Positions 8,786 to 17,782 of a stretch of 32,000 bases of DNA are shown one piece after another. A program made the position numbers and the translations under genes. The DNA lies in contig NC_007614.1 in the NCBI RefSeq assembly GCF_000196355.1, positions 1,650,001 through 1,682,000 of the forward strand. The letters are read 5' to 3'. Origin of the DNA: Nitrosospira multiformis ATCC 25196 (GTDB lineage Bacteria; Pseudomonadota; Gammaproteobacteria; Burkholderiales; Nitrosomonadaceae). Under the pieces are notes generated by a model, which saw only the letters and a list, made by a program, of their open reading frames with translations, was not told the origin of the DNA and searched no databases. Position 1 is the first letter of the stretch, and each line of letters opens with the position of its first letter.

Positions 8786-9678
8786 TCCTTACTCGCTATG
8801 ATTATGTCGATGTATTGCACGGCAAGGTTGATGGCCGTGCCGGTAAAAATATGGCTGTGGGAGCCACCACCCCCTGTGCCGGCATCTGTAATTGGCATCC
8901 CGGTAATAATTCCACCTCCTCCACCGCTGGGGTTAGCCCCTCCGCCTGATGTCCCATATACACTCAAACTATGCGTATGCGCCGGTATCTGCGCCGAAGT
9001 CAATGTCGTCGCACTGTTCCAACCCGAAACTGCCTGCGACGTGAAGGCTGACGTGAACGCGACTGACCCCCCCGAACCGCCACCGGCACTTCCTACAACA
9101 CGCAGCGCCTTATTGTGATGCGTCGTGACCTGAGTCCAGCCTGTCGGGGCCGTCGCCTGAAAAAATGACATAACGGTTCCAGGGGGAATGAGGCTCGCAG
9201 GCGCAGCGCCTAGAGTCTCTCTTGCGGTCGCTGCATTATCATCATCCAGCAAGCTCCGGATATAGGAACTCAGATTCGCCAATGCAGCTGTGCCTGGTCC
9301 AGTAAAATACGCCATCTTATCGGCTGACGTTTCCAGGCCGCCAAGCGCCTGGAGATTTGGATTTGCAAGAGATTCCTGCAAGGCGATGTTGGTCACGCCG
9401 GCAACGAAATAATCGCCTGCTGCCCAGGTACGGGGAGCCGTACCGTCCAGTCCTCGTCCTCCTTGCGCGATGGTTAAGCTGTCGCTGGTACGTGCCTCGA
9501 TTTTCACGATTTCCCGGTTGCCGGAAGCATCCTTGAATATCCCATAAAAATAATCGCCGATGCCGGGCGATGGAAAGAGAACGCCCTTTCCGGCCTCTAT
9601 TGTGAAGCTCAATCCCGTTGTTCCGCTCGGGGCAGAACTGATAATGGCCTTGCCAAAATTCGAGAACTTGAGTCCCAT
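8782..9678 (-). CDS. Phage tail fibre / tail collar domain protein
   Basis: 298 aa; collar-like segment IPPGTVMSFFQATAPTGWTQVTTHHNKALRVVGSAGGGSGGSVAF and Gly-rich tip ending QYIDIIIASKD. Confidence 0.8.
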   Translation of the reverse strand: MGLKFSNFGKAIISSAPSGTTGLSFTIEAGKGVLFPSPGIGDYFYGIFKDASGNREIVKIEARTSDSLTIAQGGRGLDGTAPRTWAAGDYFVAGVTNIALQESLANPNLQALGGLETSADKMAYFTGPGTAALANLSSYIRSLLDDDNAATARETLGAAPASLIPPGTVMSFFQATAPTGWTQVTTHHNKALRVVGSAGGGSGGSVAFTSAFTSQAVSGWNSATTLTSAQIPAHTHSLSVYGTSGGGANPSGGGGGIITGMPITDAGTGGGGSHSHIFTGTAINLAVQYIDIIIASKD

Positions 9679-9681
9679 GTT

Positions 9682-10299
9682 TTATCCTCGTCTCAGGATC
9701 GCAGTCTGAAGGGGAGCTCTGGCATAGCTTCTGGCTACTCTCATGCCTGCTGCTGCCGTTTTGATAATGAACTGTTGCTGGTGATAGGGGGCTAGCTGGA
9801 TATTGGTATAGGGTTTTTTAGGTGACAGCATTAGCCGCCCCATCGCGCCGTGAGTGATGGCTTCGCGGTATTCGTGGAATAACTCGTCATCAATCCCTGC
9901 ACTGGTGGCCGAAGGTTTTAACGCGACCCTTATTGCCAATACTCCGTTACTATCGGGAGTTGGAATCAGGGTCAGCGAAGATGGACCACCAAGCACATAC
10001 CGCGGTTTGCCAGTTTGGCGGCTCCAGATCGTGATGTTCTTCTCGCAGGCAAAAGGCTCTATTTCTTCTCCATCCAGCACTGCATTTATGATGGCATGAA
10101 TTTCCGTGCCTTCAGGTGGAGAAAAGGAATACTCTGCAATGCCCCCCATTACCAGGACAGGCTGATGCTTGGTTTGCCAAGCCAGGGATTGCTCACAAAA
10201 CGCCACAGAAGATTGGCGCAACGCACTGTCGGCTGCCGCAGCAGGACACTCAGGCAAATCTGGCATAAGCAGATCATAAAAATCGCTCCAGAATTTCAT
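9682..10299 (-). CDS. Phage structural/connector-type protein (205 aa)
   Basis: ORF MKFWSDFYDLLMPDLPECPAAAADSALRQSSVAFCEQSLAW...; between the head and tail genes. Confidence 0.55.
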   Translation of the reverse strand: MKFWSDFYDLLMPDLPECPAAAADSALRQSSVAFCEQSLAWQTKHQPVLVMGGIAEYSFSPPEGTEIHAIINAVLDGEEIEPFACEKNITIWSRQTGKPRYVLGGPSSLTLIPTPDSNGVLAIRVALKPSATSAGIDDELFHEYREAITHGAMGRLMLSPKKPYTNIQLAPYHQQQFIIKTAAAGMRVARSYARAPLQTAILRRG

Positions 10300-10628
10300 G
10301 GATGCGCCTCCAAGCCGAACAACTGCATGAAGAGTGCGGCACGGCCGGAATTGACGTGCTCATCGTCGGACATTTCTGCTCTGGCCGTAACATAATCCGC
10401 TACTGTCTGGAGGTATATAGGCGGTAATGGAAAAGCATCATCCAAGGCGCGTTCCCCATCAGGCAGGTTGTTGAAGCTGCCTATGAACAGATCCGGTCGC
10501 CGTTTGAGTATCTGCAGCATCCCCTGATTGGCAAAGGACAATAATACGGTGTCCGCATAACGCGTCTTGTCGTCATCATTGAGCGGAATGCGAGCCAGCT
10601 CGACAATTGAGTGATATGATAATGGCAT
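10296..10628 (-). CDS. Phage head-tail connector-like small protein (110 aa)
   Basis: MPLSYHSIVELARIPLNDDDKTRYADTVLLSFANQGMLQILKRRPDLF...; overlaps its neighbours. Confidence 0.5.
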   Translation of the reverse strand: MPLSYHSIVELARIPLNDDDKTRYADTVLLSFANQGMLQILKRRPDLFIGSFNNLPDGERALDDAFPLPPIYLQTVADYVTARAEMSDDEHVNSGRAALFMQLFGLEAHP

Positions 10629-11002
10629 CAGTCCGGCATCTCGTTCTTGGAAAACAGGGCAATCACTTTATGCCGTATCGTTCCCTCGCTTTGGCGCTTG
10701 TCCAGTCGTTCGTTGTATTTGCGCTCGGCAAACTCGAGCAGTGCTTTTTTACCCATGGAATGAAAGTCGATCACCGGCAGGGGTTCTTCAACCGGTTTCT
10801 CTGCTTGCGCCAGCCCGATTGGCACAACGTTATCCAGCGTCTCATCGTGGAGGCGCACCCAGGTGTCGGGGTAAACGAGCAGCCTCTCGGAAACTTCAGC
10901 GCTTACATTCCGCACTTGACCCGGTTCCCAGCGCAATCCCACTCCATTGATGCTGTCAATCTTGATGCCGGCGGCAATATATTTGACTTTTGGCATATGC
11001 AA
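10628..11002 (-). CDS. Hypothetical phage protein (124 aa)
   Basis: ORF MHMPKVKYIAAGIKIDSINGVGLRWEPGQVRNVSAEVSERLL... Confidence 0.55.
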   Translation of the reverse strand: MHMPKVKYIAAGIKIDSINGVGLRWEPGQVRNVSAEVSERLLVYPDTWVRLHDETLDNVVPIGLAQAEKPVEEPLPVIDFHSMGKKALLEFAERKYNERLDKRQSEGTIRHKVIALFSKNEMPD

Positions 11003-11011
11003 TCCTCAATA

Positions 11012-11045
11012 AAAAGGCGATTCCCAGAAGCTGGGAATCGCTTTT
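11012..11045 (-). terminator. Intrinsic terminator with perfect 11-bp stem
   Basis: GCGATTCCCAG (11017-11027) / CTGGGAATCGC (11031-11041), A-run on the left giving a U-tract on minus and TTTT on plus (possibly bidirectional). Confidence 0.85.
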
Positions 11046-11068
11046 GACTTCCTGATTACTGCTTGTTT

Positions 11069-11509
11069 TTACTTGATGCCTGTCGCCTCGCCCGTGACGA
11101 TTGCAGTGATATTGCCCGAAGCAAATGCAGTGGCGGGTGCGGTTACAGTCAGGATGACGTAGACATCTTTTTCGAATTTGATGGGTTGAAATCTCAGGTC
11201 GGTAAGACCCACACCGGATAAAATCGTTGTAGCAGCGGAAAAATAATCATCATCCTCGACAGGACCTTGCCCGGCGTCGACCGGGGTATAGCCGATTTTT
11301 ACAGCAAACGTGGTGCCGCTTGTATCCAGATCGTCATTTACTATCCGTAACGCCGTAACACTCATGCCAGCCGGAATTCTGACGGGACGATAGATGCTTC
11401 CGGCCACCCCTGACGAGGGCGTTGCTGTCCCATAAACCACTGCGGCATTGCCATAGTTGCCCATGGGCATCGCTTTGCTGTTCAGATCGGGTGCGCTAAA
11501 AGTAGCCAT
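11069..11509 (-). CDS. Phage head-associated protein (146 aa)
   Basis: MATFSAPDLNSKAMPMGNYGNAAVVYGTATPSSGVAGSIYRP...; immediately downstream of the capsid gene. Confidence 0.55.
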   Translation of the reverse strand: MATFSAPDLNSKAMPMGNYGNAAVVYGTATPSSGVAGSIYRPVRIPAGMSVTALRIVNDDLDTSGTTFAVKIGYTPVDAGQGPVEDDDYFSAATTILSGVGLTDLRFQPIKFEKDVYVILTVTAPATAFASGNITAIVTGEATGIK

Positions 11510-11587
11510 TTATATCTCTCGAAAAAGTGAGGATCGAAAGCGGGCATTAAAACTCCGCTTTCACTGTATCAAACTGGTTAAAAGGGA

Positions 11588-12859
11588 TTAAAGCGGCACA
11601 GCCGAGTCAACCGCAATCACACCAAAGTCGGTGGGTACCCTGAAACCTGTTCCATCGTCGATAGAGAAACGGGTTTTCGCTTTGCCGCAAACCTTCTCAC
11701 CCATCACTTCCAGGTTACTTTCAAAGTTATACCAATGCTCCTTCCATCCGAACTGCATTCCGCTGACCCTGGTTTTGCCATAAGCGACCCCCAGTGCTTG
11801 TGCGCCTAATAATAATCCGCGCTCGATCGCGTACCCGGCAGTCAACGCTCCATTGACAGCCTGATCGGTTTCTGTGGCAGTTGTCGCGTTTGCTGCGGTG
11901 ACTATCTTTGTGCTTTCCCCAGGCATAAAACGGATCGCACGCTCATTCTTGATCACCAGAATGCCATTCCACATCCCAACCTCACCGGCAAACAGGGGGT
12001 GGCGCTCGTCAAAATATGCCGCCCGATTGATGGCATTCTGCTGGAAAGCACGTAACGAACCTTCGGTCAAAAGGAGCGAATACTGATTGGGTGTGGCGAG
12101 AAATACCCACATCTTGGAAGTCTGAGCGGCTCGGTCCCCTGCCAGTTTGACGGATTGCAATGGCTGATCCATGTCATCAAGCCTCTTCCGCAGCAGATCC
12201 AGATGCGACAAGCGCAGGGCGTCCGTTGAAACGACGGATCCCAACTGCTGTCCCCCTGAAGTCAGATTGGCGCCGTTCACTACAAAATGACGATTATAGG
12301 TAGGGGCCTTCACGGGATTCACCATGATGGAACTGAAGTTCGGCGCGCTTTGAAGCGGTACTGTCCAGTCCGAACCGGTTTGCGAACCGCGTGCTCCTGC
12401 AAGATGCACCAGGGTTTCCTGAGCGTCGAGACGGGGGAAATAACCTGACAATTGCGCCAGGGCAATTTCCCGCAACTGATGCTTGGTGCGTTGCTGCGAC
12501 ATGCTGCCACCGGCATCGATAACCTTACTGGATAGATCGATCTTGATCTCCATCGAGGAAAACGAAAGCGCGCTGCCCCGTCCTTCACGATTGACGTCGC
12601 CCATCAATGGTTCACCGCCCACCGTATCGACCAGATCGAGCGATACGACATCGCCAGCACTTTTCATTAAATTATCGATTCGCACGATAGGCATGCCCGG
12701 ATTTGTTTGACCGGCAATTTTCTGCATTGCTACTGAAGGCTCGACCGGGCCCACAAGACTGTCAATCGCTGTGGATCCTTTGAGCGTGTTGGCGAAGAGC
12801 GCCGCGCTATAATGTTTGACTGCCAGTGAACTTCCGCTTGCTACGTTTGTTTCAGCCAT
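11588..12859 (-). CDS. Major capsid protein, N4-gp56-like family
   Basis: 423 aa, SGSSLAVKHYSAALFANTLKGSTAIDSLVGP...GDVVSLDLVDTVGGEPLMGDVNREGRGSALSFSSMEIKIDLSSKVIDAGGSMSQQRTKHQLR; follows the scaffold gene. Confidence 0.85.
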   Translation of the reverse strand: MAETNVASGSSLAVKHYSAALFANTLKGSTAIDSLVGPVEPSVAMQKIAGQTNPGMPIVRIDNLMKSAGDVVSLDLVDTVGGEPLMGDVNREGRGSALSFSSMEIKIDLSSKVIDAGGSMSQQRTKHQLREIALAQLSGYFPRLDAQETLVHLAGARGSQTGSDWTVPLQSAPNFSSIMVNPVKAPTYNRHFVVNGANLTSGGQQLGSVVSTDALRLSHLDLLRKRLDDMDQPLQSVKLAGDRAAQTSKMWVFLATPNQYSLLLTEGSLRAFQQNAINRAAYFDERHPLFAGEVGMWNGILVIKNERAIRFMPGESTKIVTAANATTATETDQAVNGALTAGYAIERGLLLGAQALGVAYGKTRVSGMQFGWKEHWYNFESNLEVMGEKVCGKAKTRFSIDDGTGFRVPTDFGVIAVDSAVPL

Positions 12860-12873
12860 TTAATCAATAATCC

Positions 12874-13836
12874 TTAATCAAGTTCGGCTCTCAGGGCTGC
12901 CGCCTGATGCGTGGGCATCTTCATCAGCTTCTGAGCAAGTTCAAATGGGCTCAGACTCTCAAGTTGCTCACGTTCAGAGGCTGGATTTGCTCCACCCTGA
13001 ATATCCGATAGAGTTACAGGCTTCCTCACCGGGGCTGCCTCAAGCTTGGCTTGCAAATCCGCTTTCATCATTCCCGGATCGGGTTTCTTTTTTGGAGTGG
13101 AGGCCTCGGGCATGATTGCCCTGACACGCCGGACAACCTCCTGGAACCGTTCCGCATAAGGCTTTCCTGCCCACTTTGTATTGGTTCTCAGAATTTCATC
13201 CTGCTTGAGTGCTTCTTCCCACGCGTCAGCGTCATTACTTTCCCAATGCGCGAGATCAGGATTATTGTCTTTTGCCTCTGCGACTTGCTCTGCAGTACTC
13301 AGCTGGTTTCTGCGCTCGGATTCCTCTTTTTCGCGCTCCAACTCCCGCAGTGTTTGCTCCAGCTTTTCGCCTTGCTTCCGGCTTCCCTCAAGCAGCGCGC
13401 TGAGTACCTGATGAAGTTGAGGCATTTCTTCTTTCAGAGCCTCCAGATGTATCTTGAGTTTTTCATCCAGCGCACCGGTCTCTACTTCCTTTGCTTCCTC
13501 TTTCCGTATCAGGAATTCATCGAGTTTGCCTTGGGCGGATTTTAGCTGCTCACGCAGCGCCGAGTTCTCTACCCGCAATTCCTTGTGCTTCTGGTAGGGA
13601 ATGGTCCCCTTGCCGCTTTTATTCAGAACGACAGGCTCATCTTCACTTTTATCCCCGCCCGCCTTGCCGGGCATGTCGTCGTTAACGGGGGAGCTGGATT
13701 TCTCCGTTTCCTTTTCCTCAGATGCTTCCTGCCTGCCTAGAATTTCTGCAAGCTTGTTCGGGTCGCTTTCCAATATTTCGATTTGTTCCGGCGTAAGATT
13801 TGCGATTTGCTCATCCGTAAGCTGATCCACTTTCAT
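12874..13836 (-). CDS. Capsid scaffolding protein
   Basis: 320 aa, acidic/charged coiled-coil-rich (ENSALREQLKSAQGKLDEF...SRKQGEKLEQTLRELEREKEESE); directly upstream of the capsid gene. Confidence 0.8.
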   Translation of the reverse strand: MKVDQLTDEQIANLTPEQIEILESDPNKLAEILGRQEASEEKETEKSSSPVNDDMPGKAGGDKSEDEPVVLNKSGKGTIPYQKHKELRVENSALREQLKSAQGKLDEFLIRKEEAKEVETGALDEKLKIHLEALKEEMPQLHQVLSALLEGSRKQGEKLEQTLRELEREKEESERRNQLSTAEQVAEAKDNNPDLAHWESNDADAWEEALKQDEILRTNTKWAGKPYAERFQEVVRRVRAIMPEASTPKKKPDPGMMKADLQAKLEAAPVRKPVTLSDIQGGANPASEREQLESLSPFELAQKLMKMPTHQAAALRAELD

Positions 13837-13888
13837 CTTTCCTCCAAACTACTTAACCCAGTGAGCGGGCCTGCCTTGAGCAGGGTTC

Positions 13889-13933
13889 AAAAAAACCCCT
13901 GAACAACACAAGAAGTGCATTGATCAGAGGTTT
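13889..13933 (-). terminator. Terminator-like hairpin in scaffold leader
   Basis: aaacccctg (13893-13901) and cagaggttt (13925-13933), paired with one G-U; U7 run on the minus strand after the stem. Counterpart at 17690-17739. Confidence 0.6.
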
Positions 13934-13982
13934 CCAGGACTACTACTGCAATACTGCCGCTAGCGTTCGCATGAAAGCCAGT

Positions 13983-14010
13983 AAAAAACCGCCACTGTTT
14001 CCAGAGGCGG
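13983..14010 (-). terminator. Intrinsic terminator
   Basis: CCGCCaCTG/CAGaGGCGG stem (13989-14010), U6 on minus; 24 nt past the 14034 stop. Confidence 0.8.
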
Positions 14011-14033
14011 CTCGATAGAGTCCGATTGAAACA

Positions 14034-14771
14034 TTATTTCTGCAGCATTTTTAAGGGCGACACTGGCACTTCCCCCATAACCGCCGGAAAACTTTCGTTG
14101 CCAGTCCATTGCCTGGCGTTCCGCACCCACATTCTCACCATGTCATAGTCCTGAGTAAGCGTTCTTGGCCCCACCTTGAAGTAAGGACCAGTTGCGTCCT
14201 CATAAGCCGTGGGCACGTTGTATTCCCCGAAAATCTTCATGCGGTCCAGATAAACCTCGCGCCAGCCGGTAGCGTTTGTTTGTAGATTTGCGCGAATCGT
14301 GACGTTATGCCACTTGCCTTTTTCCACCTTCCTTGCTGCTACAATCCTTCCGGTTGAAGTTACTGCCGGAAGCGTAGTCGCGGGGACGGCCACAAAAAGC
14401 GTTTCCTGGTCGACAATGCGCAAACCGATATTGACGTGCTTGACAGTCAATTCTTCGCCTGGGTCTGGTGTCGGATACCACGATCCAAGTCCCGAGAAAT
14501 TGTTTGTGGTCCATGAAGGATCGATCATGAAATCCAGCGAGGACCAGCATTCGCCGGAATTAGGAAATGCAGGAAAACTGACTTCGGTTCTGTGACCGAA
14601 ATTTGTTTCTGTATCTGGGCCGTACAGGGTCAGGCGTGCCGCTCTATCCACAATCTCGATACGATCCCTCATTCCGTCAAGCATCTTATTTCCGGGCCCC
14701 TCGACGCCATTTGCCTGTAAATACGTACCGGCGAAATCGACATCGAGAGGAAAATTGAATAACTGAGTCAT
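14034..14771 (-). CDS. Polysaccharide-lyase-like jelly-roll protein, copy A
   Basis: 245 aa; ...PGEELTVKHVNIGLRIVDQETLFVAVP...KGKWHNVTIRANLQTNATGWREVYLDRMKIFGEYNVPTAYEDATGPYFKVG; resembles the heparin-lyase-like Polysacc_lyase fold. Confidence 0.55.
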   Translation of the reverse strand: MTQLFNFPLDVDFAGTYLQANGVEGPGNKMLDGMRDRIEIVDRAARLTLYGPDTETNFGHRTEVSFPAFPNSGECWSSLDFMIDPSWTTNNFSGLGSWYPTPDPGEELTVKHVNIGLRIVDQETLFVAVPATTLPAVTSTGRIVAARKVEKGKWHNVTIRANLQTNATGWREVYLDRMKIFGEYNVPTAYEDATGPYFKVGPRTLTQDYDMVRMWVRNARQWTGNESFPAVMGEVPVSPLKMLQK

Positions 14772-15649
14772 CAGAACGCGCTCCTCAAAATGGGATTGCC
14801 CGGATTCGAGCGAAGCTGCTGAAAAACACTCGTCAGAGTTTTCACGGAGGGCATGGGATAGCTGGCGGGCAGCCTGAGTATTACCAAAGCCCTCGTAGCC
14901 GTTGCGATGCCCGAACTGGATCTGGCAGGCGCAGGGTACGATGTGCCGATATTGAAGGTGTTGGAATTGCGTGTATCTATCCCGCCGGTTAGCGGAGTAT
15001 ATGAGCCTTCAGAGAGTGAATACTCCTCGTCCACCCATATGCCGTGCTGCCCCCCCTGCCCACCCCCGCTTATGGCTATGCCAAAACTGTGCAAGCCGCC
15101 GGAAATGCTCTTGTGCCCATTTGAAGAGTAAACTTCGGTGGCACCTGACAGTACGAAACCGACACGTCCATTTGTTTGCAGTAAAATGTTAATCCCCCGT
15201 TGTCCTGGAGACGTACCATAACCATCGCCCATCATCGGGGTAGGGATTGTTTCTGCCGTAACCTTGCCAAGCCACCAGATAATCAGCTTCTCGCCACCTG
15301 CATAGTCATAGTTCAGATTGGGAATGCGCAATACGGAATCGGTTGCGCCAGTTGCCGGGTCAACCGTGGACGCATAGCCGGAATTCGGCGTCCAGAGTTG
15401 CGCGACCGACAGGTTCACGCCCCGCGAAGCATGGTTTATTCCTGTCAGATCGTAAAATTTCTCGTCGTCTGCAACCTGCTTTCCCGTGAAGCCGTGAAAG
15501 TGGTAATAAGGATGGAATCCGTCGGGATCGTAAGCTTCAGCACTCTCCAGTGTTATCAGAATGTCCTCAACACTTTTATCGAAGGATGCAACAGTTCCCT
15601 TCCCGTAAAGATATCCTGATAAAGTTGTGTTGCCCAGAAATCGAATCAT
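14771..15649 (-). CDS. LamG-like adsorption/decoration protein, copy A, with conserved MIRFL N-terminal module
   Basis: 292 aa; MIRFLGNTTLSGYLYGKGTVASFDKSVEDILITLESAEAYD...; nearly identical to 16466-17344. Confidence 0.6.
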   Translation of the reverse strand: MIRFLGNTTLSGYLYGKGTVASFDKSVEDILITLESAEAYDPDGFHPYYHFHGFTGKQVADDEKFYDLTGINHASRGVNLSVAQLWTPNSGYASTVDPATGATDSVLRIPNLNYDYAGGEKLIIWWLGKVTAETIPTPMMGDGYGTSPGQRGINILLQTNGRVGFVLSGATEVYSSNGHKSISGGLHSFGIAISGGGQGGQHGIWVDEEYSLSEGSYTPLTGGIDTRNSNTFNIGTSYPAPARSSSGIATATRALVILRLPASYPMPSVKTLTSVFQQLRSNPGNPILRSAF

Positions 15650-15676
15650 ATATTTGCCCTTTCTGTTTATCCAAAT

Positions 15677-15707
15677 AAAAAAGCCGCCCCTGTTTCCAGA
15701 GGCGGCT
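15677..15707 (-). terminator. Intrinsic terminator
   Basis: AGCCGCC (15682-15688) / GGCGGCT (15701-15707), U-tract on minus; just past the 15729 stop. Confidence 0.8.
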
Positions 15708-15728
15708 CAATAGAGTGCGATTGAAACA

Positions 15729-16466
15729 TTATTGCCGCAGCATTCTCGAGGGCGACACTGGCGCTTCCCTCATCACCGTCGAGAAACTTTCATTGCCAGT
15801 CCATTGCCTGGCGTTCCGTACCCACATTCTCACCTTGTCATAATCCTGGACGAGCGTTCTCGGTCCCATCTTGAAGCTGGGACCAGTCGCGTCCTCATAA
15901 GCCGTGGGCACGTTGTATTCCCCGAAAATCTTCACGCGGTCCAGATAAACCTCGCGCCACCCAACAGCAGTTGTTTGCAGATTTACTCTGATTGTTACAT
16001 TATGCCACCGTCCTTGTTGTATCTTGGCAATTGCAACTGTCTTGCCCGTACTACTTACAGCAGGCAATACCGCTGCAGGGACATTCACAAAGAGCGTATC
16101 TCTATTCACGAGACGCAAACCGATATTGACGTGCTTGACAGTCAATTCTTCGCCTGGGTCTGGTGTCGGATACCACGATCCAAGTCCCGAGAAATTGTTT
16201 GTGGTCCATGAAGGATCGATCATGAAATCTACCGAGGACCAGCATTCGCCGGAATTAGGGAATGTTCCGAGCTGTATTTCGGTTCTATAGCCGTAGTTTG
16301 TTTGCCGGTCCGTACCGTACAACGTTGTTCTGGCTGCTCCGTTTATGATCTCAAGTCGATCGGAAATTCCGCTCAGCATCTTATTTCCCGGGCCCTCGAC
16401 GCCATTTGCCTGTAAATACGTACCGGCGAAATCGACATCGAGAGGAAAATTGAATAACTGAGTCAT
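15729..16466 (-). CDS. Polysaccharide-lyase-like jelly-roll protein, copy B
   Basis: 245 aa; same length and offset (1,695 bp) as 14034-14771, with identical central block and divergent flanks. Confidence 0.55.
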   Translation of the reverse strand: MTQLFNFPLDVDFAGTYLQANGVEGPGNKMLSGISDRLEIINGAARTTLYGTDRQTNYGYRTEIQLGTFPNSGECWSSVDFMIDPSWTTNNFSGLGSWYPTPDPGEELTVKHVNIGLRLVNRDTLFVNVPAAVLPAVSSTGKTVAIAKIQQGRWHNVTIRVNLQTTAVGWREVYLDRVKIFGEYNVPTAYEDATGPSFKMGPRTLVQDYDKVRMWVRNARQWTGNESFSTVMREAPVSPSRMLRQ

Positions 16467-17344
16467 CAGAACGCGCTCCTCAAAATGGGATTGCCCGGAT
16501 TCGAGCGAAGCTGCTGAAAAACACTCGTCAGGGTTCCCACGGAGGGCATGGGATAGCTGGCGGGCAGCCTGAGTATTACCAAAGCCCTCGTAGCCGTTGC
16601 GATGCCCGAACTGGATCTGGCAGGCGCAGGGTACGATGTGCCGATATTGAAGGTGTTGGAATTGCGTGTATCTATCCCGCCGGTTAGCGGAGTATATGAG
16701 CCTTCAGAGAGTGAATACTCCTCGTCCACCCATATGCCGTGCTGCCCCCCCTGCCCACCCCCGCTTATGGCTATGCCAAAACTGTGCAAGCCGCCGGAAA
16801 TGCTCTTGTGCCCATTTGAAGAGTAAACTTCGGTGGCACCCGACAGTACGAAACCGACACGTCCGTTTGTATATAATGCGATACGAATGCCTCCCTGTCC
16901 CGGGGACGTACCGTAACCATCGCCCATCATCCGGGCGGGGATTGTTTCTGCCGTAACCTTGCCAAGCCACCAGATAATCAGCTTCTCGCCACCTGCATAG
17001 TCATAGTTCAGATTGGGAATGCGCAATACGGAATCGGTTGCGCCAGTTGCCGGGTCAACCGTGGACGCATAGCCGGAATTCGGCGTCCAGAGTTGCGCGA
17101 CCGACAGGTTCACGCCCCGCGAAGCATGGTTTATTCCTGTCAGATCGTAAAATTTCTCGTCATCTGCAACCTGGTTTCCCGCGAAGCCGTGAAAGTGGTA
17201 ATAAGGATGGAATCCGTCGGGATCGTAAGCTTCAGCACTCTCCAGTGTTATCAGAATGTCCTCAACACTTTTATCGAAGGATGCAACAGTTCCCTTCCCG
17301 TAAAGATATCCTGATAAAGTTGTGTTGCCCAGAAATCGAATCAT
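16466..17344 (-). CDS. LamG-like adsorption/decoration protein, copy B
   Basis: 292 aa, roughly 97% identical by eye to 14771-15649. Confidence 0.6.
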   Translation of the reverse strand: MIRFLGNTTLSGYLYGKGTVASFDKSVEDILITLESAEAYDPDGFHPYYHFHGFAGNQVADDEKFYDLTGINHASRGVNLSVAQLWTPNSGYASTVDPATGATDSVLRIPNLNYDYAGGEKLIIWWLGKVTAETIPARMMGDGYGTSPGQGGIRIALYTNGRVGFVLSGATEVYSSNGHKSISGGLHSFGIAISGGGQGGQHGIWVDEEYSLSEGSYTPLTGGIDTRNSNTFNIGTSYPAPARSSSGIATATRALVILRLPASYPMPSVGTLTSVFQQLRSNPGNPILRSAF

Positions 17345-17414
17345 ATTTGCCCTTTCCGTTTATCCAAATATTAAATGGTTCTCTACCCGAAACGCCTTTG
17401 TTTATATAGGGAAC

Positions 17415-17646
17415 AGTTCCCTTGCCACTTTTGTTCAGAATGACAGGCTCATCGTCACCTTCATCGTCGCTCTCCTTGCTAAGCATGGCATCCTTCACAT
17501 CGGGGGATTTCTCCTTTCCCTCTTCCTCCGGTGCTTCCTGCCTGGCTAGTACCTCCAAAAGCTTGCCCGGATCGCTTTCCGATATCTCGATTTGTTCCGC
17601 TGAAGGTTTACAATTTGCTCATCCGTAAGCTGATCTACTTCCATCT
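17415..17646 (-). pseudogene. 5' fragment of a second scaffolding gene
   Basis: Minus strand from ATG 17646: MEVDQLTDEQIVNLQ.. then, after a 1-bp deletion near 17609, EVLARQEAPEEEGKEKSPDVK...DDEPVILNKSGKGTVPY; matches scaffold MKVDQLTDEQIANL...AEILGRQEASEEKETEKSSSPV...EDEPVVLNKSGKGTIPY. Confidence 0.88.
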
Positions 17647-17689
17647 TTCATCCAAATGCTTAACAGTGAGGCCTGCCTTAGCAGGATTG

Positions 17690-17739
17690 AAAAAAGAAAC
17701 CCCTGAACAGCACAAGAATTGCGTTATCCAGGGGTTTCA
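17690..17739 (-). terminator. Terminator-like hairpin in the duplicated scaffold leader
   Basis: aaacccctg (17699-17707) / caggggttt (17731-17739), perfect 9 bp with 23-nt loop; U-rich tract (TTTCTTTTTTC) on minus. Confidence 0.65.
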
Positions 17740-17782
17740 GGGATTACTACTACATTATTGCCACTAGCATTCGTATGAAAGC

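Larger units (their letters stand above)
14034..17344 (-). repeat. Tandem duplication of a two-gene cassette (14034-15649 and 15729-17344, constant offset 1,695 bp)
   Basis: Both ORF pairs have identical lengths, the same ATGA overlap and long identical DNA blocks. Confidence 0.95.

Noticed and set aside
14034-17344. Diversity-generating retroelement (template/variable repeat) explanation for the two divergent cassettes
   Set aside because: No reverse transcriptase or Avd-like ORF in the window, and differences by eye involve all bases rather than adenine-only substitutions in a short terminal repeat.
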